This document shows positions 29,191-42,945 of a DNA stretch of 64,000 bases, piece after piece. The stretch spans positions 195,736,001-195,800,000 of the forward strand of contig NC_058368.1 of assembly GCF_018350175.1 (NCBI RefSeq). The letters are read 5' to 3'. Below the pieces are notes generated by a model that ran no database searches, was not told the origin of the DNA, and worked only from the letters and a program-made list of their open reading frames with translations. A program made the translations under genes and the position numbers. The DNA is from Felis catus. Its lineage: Eukaryota. The stretch's first letter is position 1, and every line of letters starts with the position of its first letter.

Positions 29191-30299
29191 AGGATTATTT
29201 TTTTGGAGGTTTTTATTACTTATTTAATCTCCTTACTCGTTTCAGGTTTATTCAGATTTTCTACTTCTTTTATCAGTCCGTCGTGGTACATTTTGGGTTT
29301 GTAGGAATTTGTCTATTTCATTTAGATTATCCAGTTTCTTGGTGTGCAGTTGTTCAGAGTACCCAAAATCTTTTTTATTTCTGTAAAAATCAATTACAAT
29401 GCCTTCTGTTTTGTTTCTGATTTTATTTGAATCTTTTCTTTTTTTTCCTAAGTCAGTCTAGCTAAAAAATTGTCAATTTTGTTGTGCTTTTGAAAGAGCC
29501 AACTCTTGGTTTCATGGATTTTCACTGGTTTTTATTGTCTACGTTGTTTATATCTGCTCCAATTTTTGTTATTTTCTTTCTTCTGGTAGCCTTGAGGAGC
29601 AGACACTGGTAACTATTATATAATTTTATCACTGTAGAATTTCAGTATATTCCGACTCTGTGTTCATAGATGATTGATTAGGTGAGACTTCTCTAAGACT
29701 AGCAGACCTCTGTATGTAATACAGCACTCCCCCAAGTGTTACTGCTCATCGCTTTGCTTTATTTCACTTTTTTAATGGCATTTTTGTCATGTTATAATTT
29801 GTTTATTTACTCTCAGTCCACTTTGCTAGCATTTAAATACGACTGGAGCAGGAATATTTAGCTGCATTATTATAATGATACGGCTCAAGCTCTAGAAGAG
29901 TACATAGTACATAACATTCACTAAATATTAGTTGAAGGACTCAATGACAGGGTGAATGAACGGCTTTACTGGTTTAACAACCTGTGTGGAATAATATTCC
30001 AAAATTTCATTACATTAGGAAGTTTATAAGGTGTGGGTAAACTGGGACTAAGAAAGACCAGAAGAGAAAGGTATTTTTTATTTGGGGAAGATAATCTAAA
30101 TCTTATTTGCTGTGGCCATTGGTGAGAGTAGTGATAAATCTGTATACTAGTAAGAAGAGCTTTCTCAAAAGCCTTGAGGTGAAAGGTGGGGAAGAACAGA
30201 ATGTCTAAAGTGGAATGAATTAGAAGGGGTATTTGATGTAAAAAAAAAAAAAAAAAAAAGCAGATAAATATAGGGCATTTTAAACATGGTGAAGAGGTT

Positions 30300-33200
30300 T
30301 TTTTTTTTAAGAAAATTTATTTAAATTTAATACATACCATAAACTACACATAGTTAAAGTGTATAATATGGTAACTTTTGTCTTACGTATATACCAATGA
30401 AACTGTCACCACAATGAAGACAAGGAACATGTCCATCCTTGAGAGCTTCTTACCCCTTGGTAATGACTCTTTATTCACTTGCTCTCCACCCTGTACCCAG
30501 GCAACCAATGATCTGCTTTCTGCCACTATACATTCATTTGCATGTCCTACAGTTTGAAATAAATGGAATCATAAAGTGAAAATTTGTTTTTCCTGGTTCC
30601 TTTCAGCATATTGTTTTGAATTTTAATCCAATTTGTTGTGTATCAAGAGGTCTTTCCTTTTTCTTGCTAATTTGTATTCCATTGTATGAATATTCATTTT
30701 CTTATGATAGATATTTGAGTTACTTCCTGTTTTTGTTACAAACAAAGCTGCTGTGAGCATTCCTGTATAACTATGCACGCATCCTGGATATTGTATGGTG
30801 TATACACACATACCTAATATTTAGTCTCTTGGATAATTATAAATGGAATGGCTGGATCGTATAGGTTTATGTTTAAAAGAAATCACCTATTTTCCAAAGT
30901 AGTTACACCATTTTACATTCCTACAAGCAGTGTGTAAAAGCTCATTTCTCTATGTCCTCACCAACATTTGGTAATACTAGTTTTTAAATTTTAGTCATTT
31001 TAGTAGGTGCGTAAGTGGTATCCTATTGTGGTTTTAATTAACATTCCCTTGATAGCTAATGATGTTGGGCATCTTTGTATGTTCTTTTTTGCCATTAATA
31101 TAACCAGGGAAGTGTCTGTTTAAATATTTTGCTCAGTTTTTAACATTTTGGTTTTAGAACTCTTTATACATTTTGGCTGCTGGTTGTTTAACAGATATAT
31201 GATGTGAAAATATCTTTCACTAGTCTGTGGCTTCTCTTTCCATTCCCTTAGTGGGGTCTTTTGAAGACCAGAGTCCAATTTCTCATTTATTCTTTTGTGG
31301 TTCATGCTTTCATTGTCCTTATCTAAGAACTCTTTGCCTAATTCTAGGTCCCAAAGGTTTTCTCTTACATTTTCTTCTAGGAGTTTTATAGTTTTAGATT
31401 TTATATTTAGGGTTATGGTCCATTTTGAGTTAATTTTTTTGTATGTTATGAAGAATGGATTAAGGTTCAATTTAAAATATAGATATCCAGTTATTTGTTA
31501 AAAACACTATTCTTTCCCCCACTGAAATGCTTTTGTTGAAAATTTGTTGTTATTATATCATTTGTATCTATTTCTGATCTATTATTTCATTTACCCATTT
31601 TTCTATCTTTACACCAATACCACATTGTCTTGATATTGTAGCTGTGTGTATAATAAATCTTGAGATCAGGTAGTATTAGACCTCAAACAAATTTTTTTTT
31701 GCAAAGATTTTTGGCTATTCTTAAGACCTTTTCATTTCCATATGAATTTTAAGAATCTTGTCAATTTCGGGTCACCTGGGTGGCTCAGTTAAGCATCTGA
31801 CTCTTGGTTTCAGCTCATGTCATGATCTCATGGTTTTATGAGATGGAGTCCTTCATCTGGCTCCGTGCTGACAGTGTGGAACCTGCTTGGGATTCTTTGT
31901 CTCCCTCTCTCTCAGCCCCTCCCCCACTTGTGCTGTCTCTATCTCTCGCAAAAATAAAATGAAACTTAAAAAAAAAAGAATCTTGTCAATTCCATCTCAA
32001 AAGTTTGCTGCAATTTAAATTGATTGCACTGAACCTCTAAATCAGTTTGAGATTTACAAGAATGAGGCTTCTGACACATGAACAGGACATAGTCCTTTTA
32101 TTTAAGTCTCATTTCTATTTACATTGTTTTCTAGTTTTCAGTGTATAAATGTTTCCATTTTCTGTCAGACTTACCACAAGTCTTTCACATTTAAAAGAAA
32201 TTCTGTAGATATTTTAAATTTTAGTCTGATCGTTTGTTGATAGTATATGGAAATACAACCGTTTATTGATCTAGTATACTGCAACCTTCCTTCCTAAACT
32301 TACTGATTAGTTCTAAGAATAGCCCTTTTGTTGCTGTTGTTGTTGGCAGAATACATCAAGTTTTCTATATAGAAAATCATATATCTATAAATAAAGATTG
32401 CTTTATCTTTCCCTTTCCAAACTGGGCATCTGTTATTTCTTTTTGCTTACACTGATTTAGAACTTCCAGTACAATGATGAATGGAAGTTATGGGATTGAT
32501 TTCTTTCACTTTGTTCTTTTTTTAAAAAAAGTTTTTTAATGTTTATTTATTTATTTTAAGAGAAGGAGATCAGGGGAGGAGCAGAGAGAGAATTCCAAGC
32601 AGGCTCCACACTGTCAGTGTAGAACCTGATGTGGTGCTTGAACCCATGAACCATGAGATCATGACATGACCCAAAACCAAGAGTCAGATGCTTAACTGAC
32701 TGAGCCACTGAAGTGCCCCACCTTCACTTTATTCTTTTTTAACTTTTTTTTTTAATTTACATCTAACTTAGCATATAGTGCAACAATGATTTCAGGAGTA
32801 GATTCCTTCATGCCCCTTACCCATTTAGCCCATCCCCCCTCCCACAACCCCTCCAGTAACCCTCTGTTTGTTCTCCATACTTATGAGTCTCTTCTATTTT
32901 GTCCCCCTCCCTGTTTTTATATTATTTTTGCTTCCCTTCCTTTATGTTCATCTGTTTTGTCTCTTAAAGTCCTCATATGAGTGAAGTCATATGGTATTTG
33001 ACTTTCTCTGACTAATTTCACTTAGCATCATACCCTCTAGTTCCATCCATGTAGTTGCAAATGGCAAGATTTCATTCTTTTTGATGGCTGAGTAATACTC
33101 CATTGCATGTATATACCATTTCTTCTCTAGCCATTCATCCATCGGTGGACAGTTGGGCTCTTTCCATACTTTGGCTATTGTCGATAGTTCTGCTATAAAC

Positions 33201-35030
33201 ATTGGAGTGCATGTGCCCCTTTGAAACAGCATGCCTGTATCCCTTGGATAAATACCTAGTAGTGCAATTACTAGGTCGTAGGGTAGTTCTATTTTTAATT
33301 TTTTGAGGAACCTCCATACTGTTTTCCAGGGTGGCTGCACCAGTGTGCATTCCAACCAGCAGTGCAAAAGAGACCCTCTTTCTCCGCATTCTCGCCAACA
33401 TCTTGTTGCCTGAGTTGTTAACGTTAGCCATTCTGACAGGTGTGAGGTGGTATCTCATTGCGGTTTTGATTTGTATTTCTCTGATGATGAGTGGTGGTGA
33501 GCTTTTCATGTGTCGGTGGTGGTTTTTCATGTGTCGGTTGGCCATCTGGATGTCTTCTTTGGAGAAGCATCTATTCATGTCGTTTGCCCATTACTTCACT
33601 GGATTATTTGTTTTTTGGGTGTTGAGTTTGATAGGCTCTTTCTAGATTTTGGATACTAACCTTTTATCTGATATGTCGCTTGCAAACATCTTTTCCCATT
33701 TCATCAGTTGCCTTTTAGTTTTGCTGACTGTTTCCTTCACTGTGCAGAAGCTTTTTACTTTGTTTCCTTTGCCTCTGAAGACATGTTGAGTAAGAAGTTG
33801 CTGCGGCCAAGGTCAAAGAGGTTTTTGCCTTCTTTCTCCTCAAGGATTTGGATGACTTCCTGTCTTATGTTTAGGTCCTTCATCCATTTTGAGTTTATTT
33901 TTGTGTATGGTGTAAGAAAGTGGTCCGGGTTCATTCTTCTGCATGTCGCTGTCCAGTTTTCCCAGCACCACTTGCTGAAGAGACTGTCTTTATTCCATTG
34001 GATATTCTTTCCTGCTTTGTCAAAGATTAGTTGGCCATACGTTTGTAGGTCCATTCCTGGATTCTGTATTCTGTTCCATTGATCTGAGTGTCTGTTTTTG
34101 TGCCATCACTTTATTCTTTATTATCAAGATTGCTTTAGTATTCTAGGGCCTGTCCTTTTCCATTCAGATTTTAGAACAACCTTGTCTAAGTTTGTAAACA
34201 ACAACAGCTTTCTGTGATTTTAATAGAAATTGCATTAAATCTATAGATCAATTTGGAGGAGAACTAACATCTTTACAAGTTATGATCTTCAAATCAATAG
34301 ACATGATATATCTCTTCATTTGTTTGATTTCTTTCAACAACCTTTTGTAATTTTCTTCGTAAAGATCCTTTATGTGGTAAGTATAAGTCCAAGTGTTTTG
34401 ATTCCTTTGAACTGATTCAAATAGTGTTATGTTCTTATTTCCATATGCTTATTATTAGCATATAGAAATGTGATTGATTTTTATGCACTGATGATCTTGT
34501 ATCCTTTAACTTTGCTGACCTCACTAAGTTTTAGGCTTAATTTTGGTAAATTCCTTTGGATTTTCTATGAAGGCAGTAATTCATATCAGTTTTTTTTCTT
34601 TCCTTTCTGACCTCTATGCTTCTAATTTTGTCTTCTTGTGTTATTTTGTTGGGTAGGATTTTCAGTACTGTGTTGAATTAAGTAGTGAGAGCAAACACTA
34701 TTGCCTCATTCCTTATCTAAAGGAGGAAATGTGCAGTCTTTCACCATTTAATATTATGTTTGGTCTGTTTTCCTTTTTTGTATATACTCTTTATCAAGGT
34801 GAATAAATTCCCCTCTATTACTAGTTTGCTGAGAGTGTTTGTCATGAATGGTGTTGGACTTTTGTCAAATGATTTTTCTGTGTTGATTGATATAATCACG
34901 TTTTTTCTTTGTATCTTTTTGATAAATGGGTTACATTGGTTAATTTTCATATTTAAGCCAGCTTTGCATACCTGGAATACATTTCACTTTATCATAGTGT
35001 GTGATTCTATTAATAGATTGTTGGATTTTG
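30300..35030 (-). mobile_element. Old L1M-type antisense element with nested CanSINEs (31768-31978 +, 32530-32719 -) and a younger L1
   Basis: ORF2-like translations at 31120-31470 and 34741-34950. Confidence 0.75.
32742..34105 (-). mobile_element. 5'-truncated carnivore/felid L1 (~1.4 kb)
   Basis: ORF2 C-terminal translations (33755-34054, 32987-33367), T-tail; TSD tcactttattctttt. Confidence 0.92.
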
Positions 35031-35894
35031 TTTCCAGTATCTTTTTCGATTCTGATCCCTTTTCTTTTTCTTTGCTTTTTCTTGTTATGAGTATCATTTT
35101 CCAGTGTCTATACATGTCTGATAATTACTGATTTGATGCAAGACATTGTGAATCTTACCTTGTTGGGTGCTGGATATTTTTGTATTCCAGTGTTTTGTAA
35201 ACCTTTCTCTGCAGTTCAGTTGTTACTTGGAAACAGCTTGATCCTTTCAAGTCTGATTATTAGGCGGCACCAGAGCAAGATTTTAGTGTAGAGCTAATTA
35301 CTTTCACTATTGGGGCAGAACCTTTTGAGTACTCTTCCCAATGCCTCATGAAGAGTGAAGTTTGCCAGTCTGGCTGGTAGAAAGAGCATTAATCTTGGCT
35401 TTTTTGACACCCAGTCACTGTTTTCTCCTTCATTTCAGGCGTTTATTTTTCCAAACTTTGATAGATTACTTATATGCATACACTGACCAATATTCTGATG
35501 AGTACTTACATAGACCCTCTGCAAGCTCTGGAGCTCTCCTTTTGGTGCAACTTTCTGCTCTTTGGTTCTCTGCTCTGTGAATCTAGCTTCCTTGGTCTGT
35601 CTATACTCTTAGTTCTTTCTCCTCAACCCTGAGAGTCTGCTGGTTGTTGCCTAGGCTCCCCTTCCCTATGCTGTGTCCTGTAAATTTTCTTAAGGCAGTA
35701 AACTGAGCAATCAAAGGGGTTACCTCATTTGTTTCCCATCTTTGAGGATCACTTGAAAACCATTGTTTCATACATTTGTCTGGTTTTTCCATTGTTTCAG
35801 GTGAAAGTGTAATCCATTCCTTGTTACATCACTTTGGCCAGAGGTAGAAATTTGGGATTGTTTTATAAAATTTAATTTTGTTTCATAATTATGT

Positions 35895-36092
35895 AAGTTT
35901 TTAAAAAATGTTTATTTAGAGAGGGAGCAAGAGCACGAGGCAAGGAGGGGCAGAGAGAGAGGGGGACAGAGGATCCGAAGCAGGCTCTGCACTGACAGCA
36001 GAGAGCCCGACGTGGGCTTTGAACCCAGATCCATGAGATTATGACCTGAGCTGAAGTCCAATGCTTAGTCAACTGAGCCACTCAGGCACCCC
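35895..36092 (-). mobile_element. CanSINE
   Basis: Head and tail motifs; TSD tcataattatgtaa. Confidence 0.9.
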
Positions 36093-36200
36093 TCATAATT
36101 ATGTAAAAATTTGAGGTTCTAAAGTTAAGTCAACAGAACATGTACATTCAGAGAAGATTAGGTACTGTCTCTGTACCCTCTACCTTATTTTCTTCTTTCC

Positions 36201-36712
36201 TGTGGTAGGAAGTATCTAAAATGGGCAACGATTCCCACCTCCAGGTATCCTTTGTTGTAATACCCTCCATATGAGTAAGTAGCTTTGAACCAATGGAATA
36301 TAGCAACACTGAATGAGTGCTACTTCTGTGATTAGGTTATAAAAGACTGACTTCTGTCTTGCTTACAGACTCTTTCTCCTGTCTCATTAAATATACAAGT
36401 CACAAGTTGGAGAGTCCTACATGGCAAGGTACTATGGGTAGCTTTCTTTCAACAGCCAGTAAGGATGTGAATGCCCTTCGTTCGACAATTCTTGAGACAG
36501 TGAATTCTGCCAACAATCATATTTCCTCATTTGAACCTTCAGATGAGATCCCAGCCTCAGCCAATACCTTGATTATAGATTTTTGGGAGTCCTTATAGTA
36601 GAGGACCCAAATAATCCTTGTCCGGATTCCTGACACACAGAGACAATAAATGTGTATTGTTTTAAGCCACTACATTTTGGGGTAAGTTGCTACATTTCAG
36701 TAGATAACTAAC
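36201..36712 (+). mobile_element. MLT1-type (MaLR) solo LTR
   Basis: tgtggtag start; ...aataaatgtgtattgttttaagccact...agataactaaca end. Confidence 0.7.
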
Positions 36713-36719
36713 AACACTT

Positions 36720-36904
36720 CCCACCCCCACCCCCCCAAGAGAGAACAGGGGAGGGGCAGAGGGACAGGGAGAGAGAGAATCTTAAAGCAGGCTCCACACA
36801 CAGCACAGAGCCAGATGTGGGGCTCAATCTCACAACCGTGAGATCATGACCTGAGCTGAAATCAAGAGTTGGATGCTCAACTGACTGAACCACCCAGGCA
36901 CCCC
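36720..36904 (-). mobile_element. CanSINE
   Basis: Head motif; TSD taacaaca. Confidence 0.85.
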
Positions 36905-38173
36905 TAACAACATCCTTTATAGGTAATATTTTGATGGTTTATTCTTTCATTGCCTGCTTTTTTTCAGGTAAACATACATACAGTTGATCTTCATTATTCA
37001 CAGATTCCATATCTGCACATATACCTAATTGTTGAAATTGATTTATAAACTCCAAATCAATGTGGTCCTTTTGCAGTCATTAGCAGACATGTACAGAGTG
37101 AAAAATTTGCATTGCCTCATGCACACATTTCCATGTGATACTGAACTGAAGGGATACTCTTCCTCTTGTTCCAGCTTTCAAGAGGATGGAAATAGCAGGG
37201 GCAGTGTACTGAAGTGTAACAACCTCCAGCTCTAGGGCCACTCTGGTGGAGTCTGAATCCAACTCTGGCACCTGTTAATGGAGTCACCTCAGGCAAGTCA
37301 CTTAATGCTTCTGAACCTAATTTTCTCTTTTGTAAAATAAAGTATAATTTACCAGGATTAATTGATTATAAGATTATAATCTTAATTACACAAAGTTGTA
37401 AACTTCACGAAGTTGCAGTTTAAGATTATATCCAATATATATGTGTGTGTGTAAGTATATATATTTATATATTTCCCCTAGGAGCAATGTTTTTTTTTTT
37501 TATTCACTAATTCTGTTTGCAACAACCTTATATAGGACAAAAACATGAATTATGACAATTGACTGCATATATACTCATTCATTTTCACATTTTATAAAAC
37601 TAAATGGTAATAAATTTTTCATTTTTTTCTTGTAACATTATATCCTGAATTTCACCCAATATTAGTACATAGAGATTTTTCTGTCTCTCTTACTGATGAA
37701 TAATACTGTTTTATGTTGATACCGTAATTTATACAACCAGACTTCTATTAGTAGATGTCTGGTTAACTGCTGCTTCTTTTGATACTAAAAAGATTATTGT
37801 AATAAATAATCTTTTGACCATATTTTTTTGTTTTTTTTTTTTTGGCCAATATATCTTTGAAATATATCTTGGAAGTGGATTTTTTGAATCAAAGTGTGAA
37901 AGTTATGTAGCGTGATTTTTTTTTTCCAAGAACCTTAAATAGTATAGTTTATTTTTTTTTTATGAAATTTATTGACAAATTGGTTTCCATACAACACCCA
38001 GTGCTCATCCCAAAATACCCTCAATACCCATCACCCACCCTCTCCTCCCTCCCACCCCCATCAACCCTCAGTTTGTTCTCAGTTTTTAACAGTCTCTTAT
38101 GCTTTGGCTCTCTCCCACTCTAACCTGTTTTTTTTTTTTCCTTCCCCTCCCCCATGGGTTCCTGTTAAGTTTC

Positions 38174-41100
38174 TCAGGATCCACATAAGAGTGAGACCAT
38201 ATGGTATCTGTCTTTCTCTGTATGGCTTATTTCACTTAGCATCACACTCTCCAGTTCCATCCACGTTGCTACAAAAGGCCATATTTCATTTTTTCTCATT
38301 GCCACGTAATATTCCATTGTGTATATAAACCACAATTTCTTTATCCATTCATCAGTGGATGGACATTTAGGCTCTTTCCATAATTTGGCTATTGTTGAGA
38401 GTGCTGCTATGAACATTGGGGTACAAGTGGCCCTATGCATCAGTACTCCTGTATCCCTTGGATAAATTCCTAGCAGTGCTATTGCTGGGTCATAGGGTAG
38501 GTCTATTTTTAATTTTCTGAGGAACCTCCACACTGCTTTCCAGAGCGGCTGCACCAATTTGCATTCCCACCAACAGTGCAAGAGGGTTCCCGTTTTTCCA
38601 CATCCTCTCCAGCATCTATAGTCTCCTGATTTGTTCATTTTGGCCACTCTGACTGGCGTGAGGTGATACCTGAGTGTGGTTTTGATTTGAATTTCCCTGA
38701 TAAGGAGCGACGCTGAACATCTTTTCATGTGCCTGTTGGCCATCCGGATGTCTTCTTTAGAGAAGTGTCTATTCATGTTTTCTGCCCATTTCTTCACTGG
38801 GTTATTTGTTTTCCGGGTGTGGAGTTTGGTGAGCTCTTTATAGATTTTGGATACTAGCCCTTTGTCCGATATGTCATTTGCGAATATCTTTTCCCATTCC
38901 GTTGGTTGCCTTTTAGTTTTGTTGGTTGTTTTCTTTGCTGTGCAGAAGCTTTTTATCTTCATAAGGTCCCAGTAATTCACTTTTGCTTTTAATTCCCTTG
39001 CCTTTGGGGATGTGTCGAGTAAGAGATTGCTACGGCTGAGGTCAGAGAGGTCTTTTCCTGCTTTTTCCTCTAAGGTTTTGATGGTTTCCTGTCTCACATT
39101 TAGGTCCTTTATCCATTTTGAGTTTATTTTTGTGAATGGTGTGAGAAAGTGGTCTAGTTTCAACCTTCTGCATGTTGCTGTCCAGTTCTCCCAGCACCAT
39201 TTGTTAAAGAGGCTGTCTTTTTTCCATTAGATGTTCTTTCCTGCTTTGTCAAAGATGAGTTGGCCATACGTTTGTGGGTCTAGTTCTGGGGTTTCTATTC
39301 TATTCCATTGGTCTATGTGTCTGTTTTTGTGCCAATACCATGCTGTCTTGATGATGACAGCTTTGTAGTAGAGGCTAAAGTCTGGGATTGTGATGCCTCC
39401 TGCTTTGGTCTTCTTCTTCAAAATTCCTTTGGCTATTCGGGGCCTTTTGTGGTTCCATATGAATTTTAGGATTGCTTGTTCTAGCTTGGAGAAGAATGCT
39501 GGTGCAATTTTGATTGGGATTGCATTGAATGTGTAGATAGCTTTGGGTAGTATTGACATTTTGACAATATTTATTTTTCCAATCCATGAGCAGGGAATGT
39601 CTTTCCATTTCTTTAAATCTTCTTCAATTTCCTTCATAAGCTTTCTATAGTTTTCAGCATACAGATCCTTTACATCTTTGGTTAGATTTATTCCTAGGTA
39701 TTTTATGCTTCTTGGTGCAATTGTGAATGGGATCAGTTTCTGTATTTGTCTTTCTGTTGCTTCATTGTTAGTGTATAAGAATGCAACTGATTTCTGTACA
39801 TTGATTTTGTATCCTGCAACTTTGCTGAATTCCTGTATCAGTTCTAGCAGACTTTTGGTGGAGTCTGTCGGATTTTCCATGTATAATATCATGTCATCTG
39901 CAAAAAGCGAAAGCTTGACTTCATCTTTGCCAATTTTGATGCCTTTGATTTCCTTTTGTTGTCTGATTGCTGATGCTAGAACTTCCAGTACTATGTTAAA
40001 CAGCAGCGGTGAGAGTGGGCATCCTTGTTGTGTTCCTGATCTCAGGGAAAAAGCTCTCAGTTTTTCCCCGTTGAGGATGATGTTAGCTGTGGGCTTTTCA
40101 TAAATGGCTTTTATGATCTTTAAGTATGTTCCTTCTATCCCGACTTTCTCAAGGGTTTTTATTAAGAAAGGGTGCTGGATTTTGTCAAAGGCCTTTTCTG
40201 CATCGATTGACAGGATCATATAGTTCTTCTCTTTTTTTTTTTTGTTAATGTGATGTATCACGTTGATTGATTTGCGAATGTTGAACCAGCCCTGCATCCC
40301 AGGAATGAATCCCACTTGATCATGGTGAATAATTCTTTTTATATGCCGTTGAATTCGATTTGCTAGTATCTTATTGAGAATTTTTGCATCCATATTCATC
40401 AGGGATATTGGCCTGTAGTTCTCTTTTTTTACTGGGTCTCTGTCTGGTTTAGGAATCAAAGTAATACTGGCCTCATAGAATGAGTCTGGAAGTTTTCCTT
40501 CCCTTTCTATTTCTTGGAATAGCTTGAGAAGGATAGGTATTATCTCTGCTTTAAACGTCTGGTAGAACTCCCCTGGGAAGCTATCTGGTCCTGGACTCTT
40601 ATTTGTTGGGAGATTTTTGATAACCGATTCAATTTCTTCGCTGGTTATGGGTCTGTTCAAGCTTTCTATTTCCTCCTGATTGAGTTTTGGAAGAGTGTGG
40701 GTGTTCAGGAATTTGTCCATTTCTTCCAGGTTGTCCAATTTGTTGGCATATAATTTTTCATAGTATTCCCTGATAATTGTTTGTATCTCTGAGGGATTGG
40801 TTGTAATAATTCCATTTTCATTCATGATTTTATCTATTTGGGTCATCTCCCTTTTCTTTTTGAGAAGCCTGGCTAGAGGTTTGTCAATTTTGTTTATTTT
40901 TTCAAAAAACCAACTCTTGGTTTCGTTGATCTGCTCTACAGTTTTTTTAGATTCTATATTGTTTATTTCTGCTCTGATCTTTATTATTTCTCTTCTTCTG
41001 CTGGGTTTAGGCTGCCTTTGCTGTTCTGCTTCTAGTTCCTTTAGGTGTGCTGTTAGATTTTGTATTTGGGATTTTTCTTGTTTCTTGAGATAGGCCTGGA

Positions 41101-42001
41101 TTGCAATGTATTTTCCTCTCAGGACTGCCTTTGCTGCGTCCCAAAGCGTCTGGATTGTTGTATTTTCATTTTCGTTTGTTTCCATATATTGTTTAATTTC
41201 TTCTCTAATTGCCTGGTTGACCCACTCATTTGTTAGTAGGGTATTCTTTAACCTCCATGCTTTTGGAGGTTTTCCAGACTTTTTTCTGTGGTTGATTTCA
41301 AGCTTCATAGCATTGTGGTCTGAAAGTAAGCATAGTATAATTTCAATTCTTGTAAACTTATGAAGGGCTGTTTTGTGACCCAGTATATGATCTATCTTGG
41401 AGAATGTTCCATGTGCACTCGAGAAGAAAGTATATTCTGTTGCTTTGGGATGCAGAGTTCTAAATATATCTGTCAAGTCCATCTGATCCAATGTCTCATT
41501 CAGGGCCCTTGTTTCTTTATTGACCATGTGTCTAGATGATCTATCCATTTCTGTAAGTGGGGTGTTAAAGTCCCCTGCAATTACTACATTCTTATCAATA
41601 AGGTTGCTTATGTTTATGAGTAATTGTTTTATATATTTGGGGGCTCCGGTATTCGGCGCATAGACATTTATAATTGTTAGCTCTTCCTGATGGATAGACC
41701 CTGTAACTATTATATAATGTCCTTCTTCATCTCTTGTTACAGCCTTTAATTTAAAGTCTAGTTTGTCTGATATAAGTATGGCTACTCCAGCTTTCTTTTG
41801 GCTTCCAGTCGCATGATAAATAGTTCTCCATCCCCTCACTCTCAATCTAAAGGTGTCCTCAGGTCTAAAATGAGTCTCTTGTAGACAGCAAATAGATGGG
41901 TCTTGTTTTTTTATCCATTCTGATACCCTATGTCTTTTGGTTGGCGCATTTAATCCATTTATATTCAGTGTTATTATAGAAAGATACGGGTTTAGAGTCA
42001 T
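38174..42001 (-). pseudogene. L1 ORF2 (endonuclease-RT-CCHC), 1275 codons with one in-frame TAA at codon 925 (39227-39229)
   Basis: [18 protein letters not shown] start; EN motifs CCLQETH, GDFN and SDH; RT motif FADD; C-terminal CWRGC...HCWWEC. The two ORF-track pieces are in the same frame. Confidence 0.95.
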
Positions 42002-42018
42002 TGTGATGTCTGTATGTT

Positions 42019-42945
42019 TTATGCTTGTAGTGATGTCTCTGGGACTTTGTCCCACAGCGTCCCCCTTAGGATCTCTTGTAGGGCTGGTTTAGTGGTGACA
42101 AATTCCTTCAGTTTTTGTTTGTTTGGGAAGACCTTTATCTCTCCTTCTATTCTAAATGACAGACTTGCTGGATAAAGGATTCTTGGCTGCATATTTCTTC
42201 TGTCTAGCACCCTGAAAATCTCATGCCAATTCTTTCTGGCCTGCCAAGTTTCAAAAGAGAGATCAGTCACGAGTCTTATAGGTCTCCCTTTATATGTGAG
42301 GGCACGTTTACCCCTTGCTGCTTTCAGAATTTTCTCTTTATCCTTGTATTTTGCCAGTTTCACTATGATATGTCGTGCAGAAGATCGGTTCAAGTTACGT
42401 CTGAAGGGAGTTCTCTGTGCCTCTTGGATTTCAATGCCTTTTTCCTTCCCCAGTTCAGGGAAGTTCTCAGCTATGATTTCTTCAAGTACCCCTTCAGCAC
42501 CTTTCCCTCTCTCTTCCTCCTCTGGGATACCAATTATGCGTATATTATTTCTTTTTAGTGTATCACTTAGTTCTCTAATTTTCCCCTCATACTCCTGTAT
42601 TTTTTTATCTCTCTTTTTCTCAGCTTCCTCTTTTTCCATAACTTTATCTTCTAGCTCACCTATTCTCTCCTCTGCCTCTTCAAGCCGAGCTGTGGTGGTT
42701 TCCATTTTGTTATGCATTTCGTTTAAAGCGTTTTTCATCTCCTCGTGACTGTTCCTTAGTCCCTTGATCTCTGTAGCAAGAGATTCTCTGCTGTCCTGTA
42801 TACTGTTTTCAAGCCCAGCGATTAATTTTATGACTATTATTCTAAATTCACTTTCTGTTATATTATTTAAATCCTTTTTGATCAGCTCATTAGCTGTTGT
42901 TATTTCCTGGAGATTCTTCTGAGGGGAATTCTTCCGCTTGGTCAT
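42019..42945 (-). CDS. L1 ORF1p (308 aa), intact
   Basis: [10 protein letters not shown] start; coiled coil; [11 protein letters not shown] and ILYPASLSF motifs. Confidence 0.93.
   Translation of the reverse strand: MTKRKNSPQKNLQEITTANELIKKDLNNITESEFRIIVIKLIAGLENSIQDSRESLATEIKGLRNSHEEMKNALNEMHNKMETTTARLEEAEERIGELEDKVMEKEEAEKKRDKKIQEYEGKIRELSDTLKRNNIRIIGIPEEEERGKGAEGVLEEIIAENFPELGKEKGIEIQEAQRTPFRRNLNRSSARHIIVKLAKYKDKEKILKAARGKRALTYKGRPIRLVTDLSFETWQARKNWHEIFRVLDRRNMQPRILYPASLSFRIEGEIKVFPNKQKLKEFVTTKPALQEILRGTLWDKVPETSLQA

Noticed and set aside
39678..42748. Plus-strand ORFs antisense to L1 ORF1/ORF2
   Set aside because: Common shadow ORFs of L1 coding sequence, with no independent evidence.
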